From: Acidimicrobiia bacterium
Lineage (GTDB): Bacteria; Actinomycetota; Acidimicrobiia; Spongiisociales; UBA5794
Reading direction: 5' to 3'
NCBI GenBank assembly: GCA_051011415.1
Contig: JBPCTY010000060.1
Span: 10,781-74,780 of the forward strand
Length of the DNA: 64,000 nucleotides
Positions 55,942-64,000 of the stretch are shown in pieces. Below the pieces are notes generated by a model. The model was not told where the DNA came from and searched no databases. It saw only the letters and a program-made list of their open reading frames with translations. Made by a program: the position numbers and the translations under genes. The first letter of the stretch is position 1; each line of letters opens with the position of its first letter.

Positions 55942-57967
55942 CAGTATCCGCCGTACCAACGTTGTCCGCTTTGTTCTTTGACGCTGGTGGACCCCTGAGG
56001 GGTTTCCGCAAAGCGGCAAGTACACCACCGGCTACGACGACGAATCCACCGAACCAGAGCAGCCACTGCAGCGGGAAGACAAACACGTTGAGATCGACCT
56101 CTTCAGCGTTCCCCCCTGCGATCCCGATGTACACGTCGTCGATAACACCCGTCCAGACATCCGGCGTTCCAATTGGCTGTGGCACTCCGCGGTAGGTGTG
56201 CAGTCTTGGCTCAAGAACTGCCTTGGTCGAGGAGCATGACTCGTCGAGCACGGCGACCCTCACGCCGACCACCTCACGGTTGGCTTCCGATCGTGAGAAT
56301 GGCTCGACGTATGAAATGCAATGTCCTGCCACGACCGCCGACTCCCCCGGCGCCAATGTGACTACGTCACGGACAGCGAGTCCGTTCGAGGTAGCAAGGC
56401 TGACCGCAACGAGCGCAATTCCGATGTGTGCGAGTTGACCACCCCAATAGCCAGCATCGTTCCGAACGACCTTCGCTGCGGCACGGTCGAACCGCTCCGG
56501 GCGTGCTCCGACGACCGCTGCGAAACGAAACCCAATCGCCGAGACGACGAAGGCCGCAAGAGCGATCGTCAACACAACCGCCCACGACGACACACCGAAC
56601 AGCACGGCAGCAGCGCCGCTACCAAGACCGACGATGACGGGCCATCGCAGTCGCTGCCACATGACGTGTGCAGTGGCAACGCGCCAAGGAGCGACCGATC
56701 CGAGACCTATCAGGAGCAACAGCATCAGCGCAAGCGGAACCGCTGCACGATCGAAGAAGGACCGGCCGACCGACACCTCCGATCCTGACGTTGCCTGCAC
56801 GATGAGGGGATACATCGTGCCAAAGAGCACCGCGATCGTGAACACCGTGAGCACAAGGTTGTTGAACAGGATGTAGCCCTCTCGCGACGACAACGAGTCG
56901 AGGCGGGGAACCTGTGCGATGTCCTTCGCCCGCCACACGAACAGGCCGAGCGAGCCAACGACGACGATCGCAAGGAAGATCAAGAGCGCAGGCCCCACCG
57001 CGGATTGGGTGAAGGCGTGAACCGACGCGATGACGCCAGATCTGGTCAGGAAGGTGCCGAAGATCGTCAGCGAGAATGTGGCGATGACGAGGATGAAGTT
57101 CCATGCCTGAAGCATGCCTCGCTTTCGCTGAACGATTGCTGAGTGGATGAAGGCAGTTGCGGTCAGCCACGGCAGGAAGGCCGCGTTCTCGACTGGATCC
57201 CAGGCCCAGTACCCACCCCACCCGAGGACTTCGTAGCTCCACCAGCCCCCGAGCACGATTCCCGCAGTGAGAAAGATCCACGCGATCAGGGTCCAACGGT
57301 GGGTGCGGTCAAGCCAGGACCGCCCCACATCACCTCGTATGAGCGCTGCGATTGCAAAGGCGAAGGGAACTGTGAGCCCGACGTATCCGAAGTACAGGAG
57401 CGGAGGATGCACCGCCATCAGGATGTGGTTCTGGAGCAGCGGGTTCGGGCCCCTCCCGTCGGAAGGCGAAGATACATCTGCAAGCGGCCACCAGGACGAT
57501 GAGGCACAGGCATTCCCGATCGCCTCGGTACACACCGCAAACGGATTGCCACCGGTTGCCATCAGACCGAACCAGAAGATTGCCACTGCACCCATGACAC
57601 CGAGCGCCGCAGTACCGAGGTGGTCTGTGTCGGCCAGCGTCCTCCACACCAGAAACACGAATACTGCAAGAACGACGCCCCACAGCACGATGGAGCCTTC
57701 GAGGGCTGCCCAGCCTGCGGCCAGCAGAAATATGAACGGTGTGGCTGTCGCAGTGTTGTTGGCAACGTATGCGATCGAGAAGTCATGGCTGAGAATCGCT
57801 ACTTCGAGCAGGAGGAAGGCTGCGACGGCCGAACCGAGAAGGATGAGTACTGGAATCTTGAGAGCGGACTTTGCACCAACGGAGTAGGTACGAACCGCTT
57901 GGATGACGACAGCGAATGATGCTGCAAGAGCGGTAACCACCGCTGCGTTTCCGAGGACGGCGATCAC
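55934..57967 (-). CDS. ccmF: Cytochrome c-type biogenesis protein CcmF (haem lyase component)
   Basis: WWD domain WGGYWAWDPVENAAFLPWL and many TM helices. 677 aa. Confidence 0.9.
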   Translation of the reverse strand: MIAVLGNAAVVTALAASFAVVIQAVRTYSVGAKSALKIPVLILLGSAVAAFLLLEVAILSHDFSIAYVANNTATATPFIFLLAAGWAALEGSIVLWGVVLAVFVFLVWRTLADTDHLGTAALGVMGAVAIFWFGLMATGGNPFAVCTEAIGNACASSSWWPLADVSSPSDGRGPNPLLQNHILMAVHPPLLYFGYVGLTVPFAFAIAALIRGDVGRSWLDRTHRWTLIAWIFLTAGIVLGGWWSYEVLGWGGYWAWDPVENAAFLPWLTATAFIHSAIVQRKRGMLQAWNFILVIATFSLTIFGTFLTRSGVIASVHAFTQSAVGPALLIFLAIVVVGSLGLFVWRAKDIAQVPRLDSLSSREGYILFNNLVLTVFTIAVLFGTMYPLIVQATSGSEVSVGRSFFDRAAVPLALMLLLLIGLGSVAPWRVATAHVMWQRLRWPVIVGLGSGAAAVLFGVSSWAVVLTIALAAFVVSAIGFRFAAVVGARPERFDRAAAKVVRNDAGYWGGQLAHIGIALVAVSLATSNGLAVRDVVTLAPGESAVVAGHCISYVEPFSRSEANREVVGVRVAVLDESCSSTKAVLEPRLHTYRGVPQPIGTPDVWTGVIDDVYIGIAGGNAEEVDLNVFVFPLQWLLWFGGFVVVAGGVLAALRKPLRGPPASKNKADNVGTADTDA

Positions 57968-58374
57968 GCTTCGGGGCAGGCGTGGTCTGTCTCGTCGTAG
58001 TCCTCGTAATCAGTTCGGTACTGCTCGTCGTGCTTCACGAGCATCGTGTCTGAAGAGAAGATGGATCCGTCCCACTCGCCCTCGACGACCACGCCGATGC
58101 CTTCTGCAAACAGCTGCGGGGGTGTGCCTGTATGTGCGACGGCGACAAACGTCTCGCAATCCTCGACATCGAACGTCACGACACCGTCGCCGTCGACGAC
58201 CGATCCGGGAACGACTCGTCCACCGAGCCTGATGCGTTCATCGCTTCCTTCCTCTGCGACAAGCTCAGTCGGCGTATGGAAATAGACAAGCGCGCTACTC
58301 AAGTTGACCATCAGAACGACAAGTGCAACGACGATGACCAGCGCGGGGATCACAAACTTGGCGTACCGTTTCAT
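57964..58374 (-). CDS. ccmE: Cytochrome c-type biogenesis protein CcmE (haem chaperone)
   Basis: N-terminal TM, OB fold, and haem-binding H-x3-Y motif LVKHDEQY. Confidence 0.85.
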   Translation of the reverse strand: MKRYAKFVIPALVIVVALVVLMVNLSSALVYFHTPTELVAEEGSDERIRLGGRVVPGSVVDGDGVVTFDVEDCETFVAVAHTGTPPQLFAEGIGVVVEGEWDGSIFSSDTMLVKHDEQYRTDYEDYDETDHACPEA

Positions 58375-58502
58375 GCGTCCTCTTCAAGCACGCTCTTGGC
58401 ACGGGTGATCCGGATTGCGATTGATGCAACGTACGCAACAAGGACCGTGTAGGTGAAGCCGTAGGCAAGCAGTACCCAGTTCCATTCGGTTGCGGTATCC
58501 AT
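58371..58502 (-). CDS. ccmD: Haem exporter protein CcmD (43 aa; below the ORF-track cut-off)
   Basis: Manual translation gives MDTATEWNWVLLAYGFTYTVLVAYVASIAIRITRAKSVLEEDA: a single TM with a basic C-terminal flank. Its ATG overlaps the ccmC stop and its TGA overlaps the ccmE ATG. Confidence 0.7.
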   Translation of the reverse strand: MDTATEWNWVLLAYGFTYTVLVAYVASIAIRITRAKSVLEEDA

Positions 58503-59236
58503 CAGCCACCCCCTTCAACGTTCGGCGTGGTCACAGCCTCACCAGCCAACGGAGCATCATCGCCGTAGGTGCGTTCGGTGATTGCGTCTTCGAGTCGGCC
58601 GAGTTCGATGCGCTTGAACATCATTGCGACGTACATCGCGGTGAACGCAACAACGGCAATCAACAGAGTGACGACGATCTCGGTATCCATGTCGATCGGT
58701 TCGGGCTTCAGGATTGAAGGTGGTTGATGGAGAGTGCGCCACCATGTCACTGAGAAGTGCACCAGCGGAACCTGGACGACTGCGATGACACCAAGGATCG
58801 CTGAGCGCTTCGCTCGTGATTCGAGATCGTTCGTCGTTCGTCTGAGTGCGAGGTACCCGATATAGACGAAGAACATGATTGCGGTGAGGGTGAGTCGTGC
58901 ATCCCACGTCCACCACACCCCCCACGTCGGTTTCGCCCAGATCATGCCAAGGCCGAGTGCCATCCCGGTGAACACGACGCCAATCTCAGCCGATGCGTGG
59001 GCACGCCTGTCCCATGCGAGGTCCTTCTTCCAGAGGTACATCGCAGAAGCAAGCATCGTGACGATGAACGCCAAGTAGGCCAACCACGCGGCCGGCACAT
59101 GGACGTAGAGAATTCGCGACAACTCACCTTGACGGGCGTCCGGACCGACCGTCATCGAAGCGACGAACGTGACCAGTCCAGCAATTGCCATGACGATCCA
59201 TGGCCAGGTCGTTGTGGAGTGTTCCCGGGATGTCAT
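58502..59236 (-). CDS. ccmC: Haem exporter protein CcmC
   Basis: WWD motif WGVWWTWDARLT, ~6 TM. 244 aa. Confidence 0.9.
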   Translation of the reverse strand: MTSREHSTTTWPWIVMAIAGLVTFVASMTVGPDARQGELSRILYVHVPAAWLAYLAFIVTMLASAMYLWKKDLAWDRRAHASAEIGVVFTGMALGLGMIWAKPTWGVWWTWDARLTLTAIMFFVYIGYLALRRTTNDLESRAKRSAILGVIAVVQVPLVHFSVTWWRTLHQPPSILKPEPIDMDTEIVVTLLIAVVAFTAMYVAMMFKRIELGRLEDAITERTYGDDAPLAGEAVTTPNVEGGG

Positions 59237-59901
59237 CCGGTCTCCTGCAGGGGTCGGGCTGAGAGCACTCCCGCAACCGCCAGTAGTAGCACTGTGACGA
59301 CCATCAGGAGTACCCAGCTAAGGCTACTGCGACCAAGCCGTAAGGCTTCCAGCGCCTGGGTTGCGCCGATCAGGAGAGGGATCGAGAGCGGAGCGACCAA
59401 CAGGGGAACAAGCGCAGCAGCGTTTCCACCAGTTGAAGCGATTCCAGCGGCGAGGGTTCCCAGCAGCGCCAACCCTGCTCCAACGATGACGAAGGTCACA
59501 GGCAACTGCCAAAGTCCAGCGACCTCGACGTCATACAGAAGGACGGCAACAACGCCGAGCACTGCCTGGAACACCAGCAGGTAGAGGAAGCTCGCACCAG
59601 CCCTGCCAACGAACACCGCTGCAGGATCCAACCCGGACAACGCAACCTGATCTCGCTGCGACTGGGTCTCGCTCGATGTCTGACGGATCGCGATGAGCAC
59701 CCCGAAGAGCATGACCACGACCCAGTACAGCCCCGCACCGATGCGTTGGAGCGTCGGGACATCCGTGCCGATCGCGATCGGGATCAAAAGCAGTGCGATG
59801 GCCCCGAAAGGCAGAGTGATCCAGATCACCTCGCCAGCCCGTCGTTCTCGAAGCAGATCGCGACGCATCACCGACGACGCTTGGTGCCAGAAGCCGGTCA
59901 T
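59233..59901 (-). CDS. ccmB: Haem exporter permease CcmB
   Basis: ~6 TM, CcmB-like length and N-terminus. Overlaps ccmA and ccmC by 4 nt each. Confidence 0.8.
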   Translation of the reverse strand: MTGFWHQASSVMRRDLLRERRAGEVIWITLPFGAIALLLIPIAIGTDVPTLQRIGAGLYWVVVMLFGVLIAIRQTSSETQSQRDQVALSGLDPAAVFVGRAGASFLYLLVFQAVLGVVAVLLYDVEVAGLWQLPVTFVIVGAGLALLGTLAAGIASTGGNAAALVPLLVAPLSIPLLIGATQALEALRLGRSSLSWVLLMVVTVLLLAVAGVLSARPLQETG

Positions 59902-60539
59902 ACGAGATTCCCTCCGGCGACCTCGAAGGTACGGTCGGCAACGTTGAGCACTCGCTCCTTGTCATGCGAAACCAAGACTGCTGCGCCACCCTGCGATGCT
60001 GTTCGTTGGACGAGAGAGTCGACCAGATCGATGGCATCGGCGTCGAGGGCAGAGTGTGGCTCGTCCAGCAGAAGGAGATCCGGTCTGGTCATCAGGACGC
60101 GGGCAAACTCCGCCCGACGCTGCATGCCGTGACTGCATTGATCTGCAAGCCGCCGCGAGGCTCCTTCAAGACCGACAGCAGCAAGGCTCTTCTCGACGAC
60201 GGCGTCGTCGAGGCCACGAGCTCGGGCCATGAACGACAGGTTTTCGGAGAGGGTTAGTTCGCCGTAGAGCCCGGGGACGTGTCCCACATATCCGATGTTC
60301 TGCCGAACGTCGTATCGCTCTTGGCTCGATAGCTGTGCTCCGAGGACAGACCCTGAGCCGGCGGAGGGCCGAATCAGCGTTGCGAGCAACCTGAGAAGTG
60401 TCGTCTTTCCGGCGCCGTTCGAGCCGAAGACGCCGACGATCTCGCCAGGTTCAACCCGTAGGTCAACGGTGCGGAGAATCTGGAGCGAGCCGGCACGAAC
60501 GGAAACCCCGTCGAGGACTACAAGAGATGGTGTGGACAC
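59898..60539 (-). CDS. ccmA: Haem exporter ATP-binding protein CcmA
   Basis: Walker A GSNGAGKTTLLRLLA, ABC signature LSHGMQRR, Walker B LLLLDEP. 213 aa. Confidence 0.85.
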   Translation of the reverse strand: MSTPSLVVLDGVSVRAGSLQILRTVDLRVEPGEIVGVFGSNGAGKTTLLRLLATLIRPSAGSGSVLGAQLSSQERYDVRQNIGYVGHVPGLYGELTLSENLSFMARARGLDDAVVEKSLAAVGLEGASRRLADQCSHGMQRRAEFARVLMTRPDLLLLDEPHSALDADAIDLVDSLVQRTASQGGAAVLVSHDKERVLNVADRTFEVAGGNLV

Positions 60540-60598
60540 GTTGTGAGTCTACGAGGGCTCACATCTTGGCATGGCCCTTGGAACAGCCGATCAACGCC

Positions 60599-60988
60599 TC
60601 AGACGGCTGGTTGATCTTCTTCCTCTGATGCGATCTCCTTGCGGATCTCATCCATGTCCAAATCCTTGATCTGGCCGATGAGGTCCTCGAGGGCCTCTTC
60701 GGGTAGCGCACCCGGCTGAGAGAAGACTCCGATCTGGTCGCGGAACGCGACGAGGGTGGGAATCGATCGAATCCCAAACCCGGCTGCCAGCTCCTGCTCC
60801 GCCTCGGTATCGACCTTTGCGAACGCGATCTTCAGATCATCGTTCTGATAACGCTCGGACACCTTCTCATAGGTCGGGCCAAACATGCGACAAGGACCGC
60901 ACCATTCCGCCCAGAAATCGATGAGCACGATGTCATTGCTTTCGATTGTCTCGTGCAGGCTCTCCTGCGTGATGTCAATGGTTGCCAT
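60599..60988 (-). CDS. trxA: Thioredoxin
   Basis: WCGPC active site (FWAEWCGPCRMF) on a thioredoxin fold, plus an acidic C-terminal tail. Confidence 0.9.
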   Translation of the reverse strand: MATIDITQESLHETIESNDIVLIDFWAEWCGPCRMFGPTYEKVSERYQNDDLKIAFAKVDTEAEQELAAGFGIRSIPTLVAFRDQIGVFSQPGALPEEALEDLIGQIKDLDMDEIRKEIASEEEDQPAV

Positions 60989-61017
60989 TGTGAAACTCCG
61001 TGGTGTGTGTCAGGGAT

Positions 61018-61043
61018 TCAACCCGTTGACAACAACGGTATTC
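61018..61043 (-). promoter_or_regulatory. Candidate SigH/SigR-type promoter (GGAAT-N17-GTTG) upstream of trxA and the ccm operon
   Basis: The minus-strand sequence reads cgtgacGGAATaccgttgttgtcaacggGTTGaatccc. The GTT lies ~34 nt upstream of the trxA ATG. It matches the actinobacterial SigR/SigH consensus GGAAT-N17-18-GTT. Confidence 0.45.
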
Positions 61044-61066
61044 CGTCACGAGGCTATCGCCATCCC

Positions 61067-61291
61067 TTACTGATCTGAGCCCAGCTCCTTCATAAACCCG
61101 GCGAGTTCGGTTTGCGCCGCCTCAAGATTGTCCCGGTCAACCATCACCGACACGCGATATGCGCCCATGATTCCTGGGTCGGTTACGACCGAGGAAGGAA
61201 TCCCTGCCTCCATCAGCAGTCCCCACGCCTCATCTGCATGGTCACGAGTGGTGAACACCGCAGCAGCCGCCATTTCACCAAGGGCACCCAT
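61067..61291 (-). CDS. Small DUF2007-like protein (starts at MGALGEMAAAA)
   Basis: ~74 aa with a beta-alpha-beta pattern (AVFTTRDHADEAWGLLMEAGIPS...). Stop is adjacent to the pmbA start. Confidence 0.45.
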   Translation of the reverse strand: MGALGEMAAAAVFTTRDHADEAWGLLMEAGIPSSVVTDPGIMGAYRVSVMVDRDNLEAAQTELAGFMKELGSDQ

Positions 61292-62622
61292 CAGCCGTCG
61301 ACACCTCCGGTGAACTTCCACGATCCGAGCCGCATCGATGGTGCATGGATGAAGGTCGGCCCGAACTCCGAGTCCGCAAAACGATCATCGTTCCCGATGT
61401 CGAGCACATTTCCTGCGCCGAGGGCGTCCACAAACGACTGGGTGAACCGCAGGTTCGAAACTGCATCGGTGATGCGACCGTTCTCGATCATGAAGGTGCC
61501 ATTTCTCGTCAGGCCGGTCACGACGAGTGACTTTGGGTCGAGCACCCTGCAGTAGTTGAACGTTGACACATAGATGCCTCGGTCGACTGAGGCGATCAAG
61601 TCATCCGCAGCCGTGTCTCCACCACCAACAAACATGTTCCACGCAAACGGGCCAAAAGCTTCGGCTCCCTGCGCAGCGTGTCCTGTCGACGCAACCCCAG
61701 CCTTTGCCGCAGTTCGCCGGTTGTGCACGAGGCTGCGCGTCACTCCGGATGACACGAGATCGACCTTGCGCTTTGGTGTCCCCTCAACGTCGAAAGGAGC
61801 AAACAGGGCTCTTGGGTCCGTCGCATCGTCCCAAATGTTGACCTGGTCATCGAACTGGGACTCGCCGAGTTCCACGAAGGACATACCTTCTTCGTGAACC
61901 TTTGCGTTGAAGCCATATGCATCGAGGAACACTGCGATCGTCGCAACGCACTCGGGTGAGAGCACTACCTCGTATTCGCCTGGTTTTGCATCGAATGGGT
62001 TCATCGAATCTGTTGCTCGGGTCGCAGCCAATGATCCAACGGCGTGCGCATCAATGGCGTCAAGCGAGACTCCAGCAGCATGGCCAGAGCCTGCGGACTG
62101 CCCGGTCTGGTGGATGCCATCGAGGATGGCGGTGGTGTATCGCCCGGATACGGTGCGCCCCTCGGTATTCCCATATGCATGAGCACGCCCCTCGGTTTGG
62201 CAATACCCGGCTGCAGACAGCCCTCCACCTGCATCGACAAACTGCTTGACCTTCTCTGCCCTTGCGACCGGGTCTGCTGTCGCGGTGGCCTCGTCAAAGT
62301 GCTCGACCGTTGGCGGGTCGACAACTCCACCCAGACCGGGCCAATTGTCGTCCACCGGCTGATCTGCCGCGAGTTCGATCGTTGAATCGACCAATCGCTC
62401 GAGCGCATCGGTCGTGACAACGGTCCCCGTGGCACTTGCGATCCGGCCATCCCTCGCGACACGCACGGATACCTGAGATGCGTCTTCGGACACGTTCTGG
62501 TGGATGAAGGAATTCGCAAATCGGGTGAGGGATGACTCCCCAACGTCGGCATACACCTCAGCGTCTGCCCGATCTCCGACCATCTCCAGGGCTGCGTCCA
62601 CGAGTTGGCGTTCGTTGCTCAT
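61291..62622 (-). CDS. pmbA: TldE/PmbA-family metalloprotease-like protein (start at MSNERQLVD)
   Basis: TldD/PmbA fold; pairs with tldD upstream (overlap ATGA). The listed 517-aa ORF has an Arg-rich 5' extension that is unlikely to be coding. Confidence 0.75.
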   Translation of the reverse strand: MSNERQLVDAALEMVGDRADAEVYADVGESSLTRFANSFIHQNVSEDASQVSVRVARDGRIASATGTVVTTDALERLVDSTIELAADQPVDDNWPGLGGVVDPPTVEHFDEATATADPVARAEKVKQFVDAGGGLSAAGYCQTEGRAHAYGNTEGRTVSGRYTTAILDGIHQTGQSAGSGHAAGVSLDAIDAHAVGSLAATRATDSMNPFDAKPGEYEVVLSPECVATIAVFLDAYGFNAKVHEEGMSFVELGESQFDDQVNIWDDATDPRALFAPFDVEGTPKRKVDLVSSGVTRSLVHNRRTAAKAGVASTGHAAQGAEAFGPFAWNMFVGGGDTAADDLIASVDRGIYVSTFNYCRVLDPKSLVVTGLTRNGTFMIENGRITDAVSNLRFTQSFVDALGAGNVLDIGNDDRFADSEFGPTFIHAPSMRLGSWKFTGGVDG

Positions 62623-64000
62623 CCCTTCACCCCCACTCTGACGTTCGCAAACCGTCCCGGCGATGCGCTGTGACCGGTGTGTGCAACCTGCATCGGCTGC
62701 CCCTTTCCACAGTTTGGTGTGCCCCAGTGGACCCACTCCGACTCGCCTGCCAGCCGATCGAGCGACCCCCAGAACTGAGGTGTGATCCCGGTGTAGGTCG
62801 GGTTCTTCAGCATCCGGCCAAGTTCTCCGTTCTTGATCTCCCAAGCAATCTCGGTTCCGAACTGGAAGTTGAGGCGTCTGTCGTCAATCGACCAGGAACG
62901 ATTCGTGGACATATACACACCGTCGTCGGTGTCAGCGATGATGTCGTCAAGGGTTCCAGAGCCCGGGAGAAGACCAACGTTGGTCATCCGAACCATCGGC
63001 AATCGGTCGTAGCCATCGCCTCTAACCATTCCACCGGGTGGGAGTCCGGCAATCGCGGCAGAGTCCCTCCCGGACAGGACCCCAACCCAGATCCCGTCCT
63101 TCACAATGTCGACGCGCTGGGCAGGGGTCCCCTCATCGTCATAGCCAAAGGTGCCGAGTGCACCGGGCAGCGTTGCATCAGCCGTGATGTTCATCAGCTC
63201 TGACCCGTACCGATGACTGTGCAGTTTCGGCAGCTCGAGATGGCTTGTCCCGGCAAACGCGGCTTCCCACCCGAGAATCCGGTCGAGTTCGATTGCGTGC
63301 CCAACACTCTCGTGAATCTGGAGAGCAAGCTGCGAGCCTTCCAGGATCAGATTGGTCTCCCGCTCCTCCAACTCGTCTGCGGTGAGCAGCGCAACGGCCT
63401 CCTCGCCGATCCGTTGAGCATTGTCTCGGTAGTTCCACGCTTGAACTGTCTCAAACCCACCTGTCTCGTATTGTCCGAACGATTGTGGATACGACCGTCG
63501 CTGTGTCTCGTGTTCGCCGATCGCTGTGGCGTCATAGCCGCCCCCCGACTCGACGAGATGCTGATGGATTCGATGGCCTTGCGATGACACAAACCACTTG
63601 TTGGTATCCCAGAAGGTCAGCGTCCCCGTTGCGATCGACACACCGTCAACGCCTCGCATCGTGCCTGTGACATCGACCAAGAGATCGACCTTGTCAGACA
63701 TTGCGATGTCGAGCGGATTGATCTCATAGGGCGTCTCCCACGCTGTTTGATGGACAGGTACGTCCGCAAACTCCATTGGAGGCCCGGGTACAAGCGCCGA
63801 CGCCTTTGCGATGGCAGCAGCCCGTTCGCCCGCAGCGCGGATCGCTTCAGACGTGAGGTCAGCAGTTGCAGCAAATCCCCACGACGAGCCAATCAACGCA
63901 CGAACGCCAACACCTAGATGCTCGGAGCGGTCATATCGCTCAAGACTCTGATTCTGCACATTGATGGTTTCCGTAGTCACGTGGACCACTCTGGCGTCGG
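62619..64000 (-). CDS. tldD: TldD-family metalloprotease. Partial: the N-terminus lies beyond the window end.
   Basis: HESVGH metal-binding motif, GVGVRALIGSSWGFAAT and the Gly-rich C-terminal blocks of TldD. The ~60 N-terminal residues expected for TldD are missing, so the gene probably continues past 64000. Confidence 0.85.
   Translation of the reverse strand, partial: DARVVHVTTETINVQNQSLERYDRSEHLGVGVRALIGSSWGFAATADLTSEAIRAAGERAAAIAKASALVPGPPMEFADVPVHQTAWETPYEINPLDIAMSDKVDLLVDVTGTMRGVDGVSIATGTLTFWDTNKWFVSSQGHRIHQHLVESGGGYDATAIGEHETQRRSYPQSFGQYETGGFETVQAWNYRDNAQRIGEEAVALLTADELEERETNLILEGSQLALQIHESVGHAIELDRILGWEAAFAGTSHLELPKLHSHRYGSELMNITADATLPGALGTFGYDDEGTPAQRVDIVKDGIWVGVLSGRDSAAIAGLPPGGMVRGDGYDRLPMVRMTNVGLLPGSGTLDDIIADTDDGVYMSTNRSWSIDDRRLNFQFGTEIAWEIKNGELGRMLKNPTYTGITPQFWGSLDRLAGESEWVHWGTPNCGKGQPMQVAHTGHSASPGRFANVRVGVKG

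Noticed and set aside
60540-60601. Coordinate check around the trxA stop
   Set aside because: My manual indexing placed the trxA stop and start 1 nt from the ORF-track values. The ORF-track coordinates were used. It is a counting ambiguity, not a frameshift.
1-64000. CRISPR arrays, IS elements/transposases, integrases, prophage genes, rRNA
   Set aside because: No direct-repeat/spacer arrays were seen, and no DDE or serine/tyrosine recombinase motifs in any long ORF. The window is core-chromosome-like throughout.

Overview
This is a high-GC, gene-dense chromosomal segment with conserved Actinobacteria-type (Mycobacterium-like) synteny. Most genes are on the minus strand and many are chained by 4-8 bp ATGA/GTGA start-stop overlaps.

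In order along the window:
- A partial lysS (runs off the window start; absent from the ORF track because it has no in-window stop).
- coaX, panC, a DUF2520/Rossmann protein, folK (fused to a TesB-like double-hotdog domain), folP, ftsH, hpt and tilS. folB, folE and panD are absent from their usual slots.
- An HExxH metalloprotease.
- sigH, rsrA and a small Cys/His zinc-ribbon-like ORF.
- A second ECF sigma factor whose downstream membrane protein has a clear paralog (a secreted protein) encoded divergently across an intergenic region that carries a 9-nt inverted repeat.
- tRNA-Thr(CGU), not in the ORF track.
- A YfcH-type epimerase, plsC, holB, tmk and topA.
- A GT4 glycosyltransferase translationally coupled to a tandem-duplicated histidine phosphatase.
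- trkH and trkA, an H+-pyrophosphatase, an MshD-like tandem GNAT overlapping an ACC-synthase-like aminotransferase, and an LCP protein.
- An alpha/beta-hydrolase fused to a class III cyclase (LipJ-like), immediately upstream of a Tad/Flp pilus locus (tadE-like x2, flp, tadC, tadB, tadA, and a degenerate tadZ-position ORF).
- A HAD hydrolase, an ArsR-MFS pair, leuCD, a cupin, a GDPD, hutI-hutU-hutH and pepN.
- A complete nine-gene System I cytochrome c maturation operon (ccmABCDEFHI plus ccmG/resA). Its 43-aa ccmD is below the ORF-track size cut-off.
- trxA preceded by a SigH/SigR-type promoter, then pmbA and a partial tldD.

No CRISPR array, IS element, integrase or rRNA was seen. The many long ORFs in alternative frames (typically Arg/Pro/Ser-rich and antisense to recognisable genes) are treated as high-GC artefacts.

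The ECF-sigma/paralog module, the System I ccm operon in an actinobacterial context, the folK-thioesterase fusion, and the phosphatase-GT4 and cyclase-Tad couplings are the points most worth follow-up. Coordinates I derived by hand (tRNA, ccmD, promoter, corrected starts) may be off by 1-2 nt.
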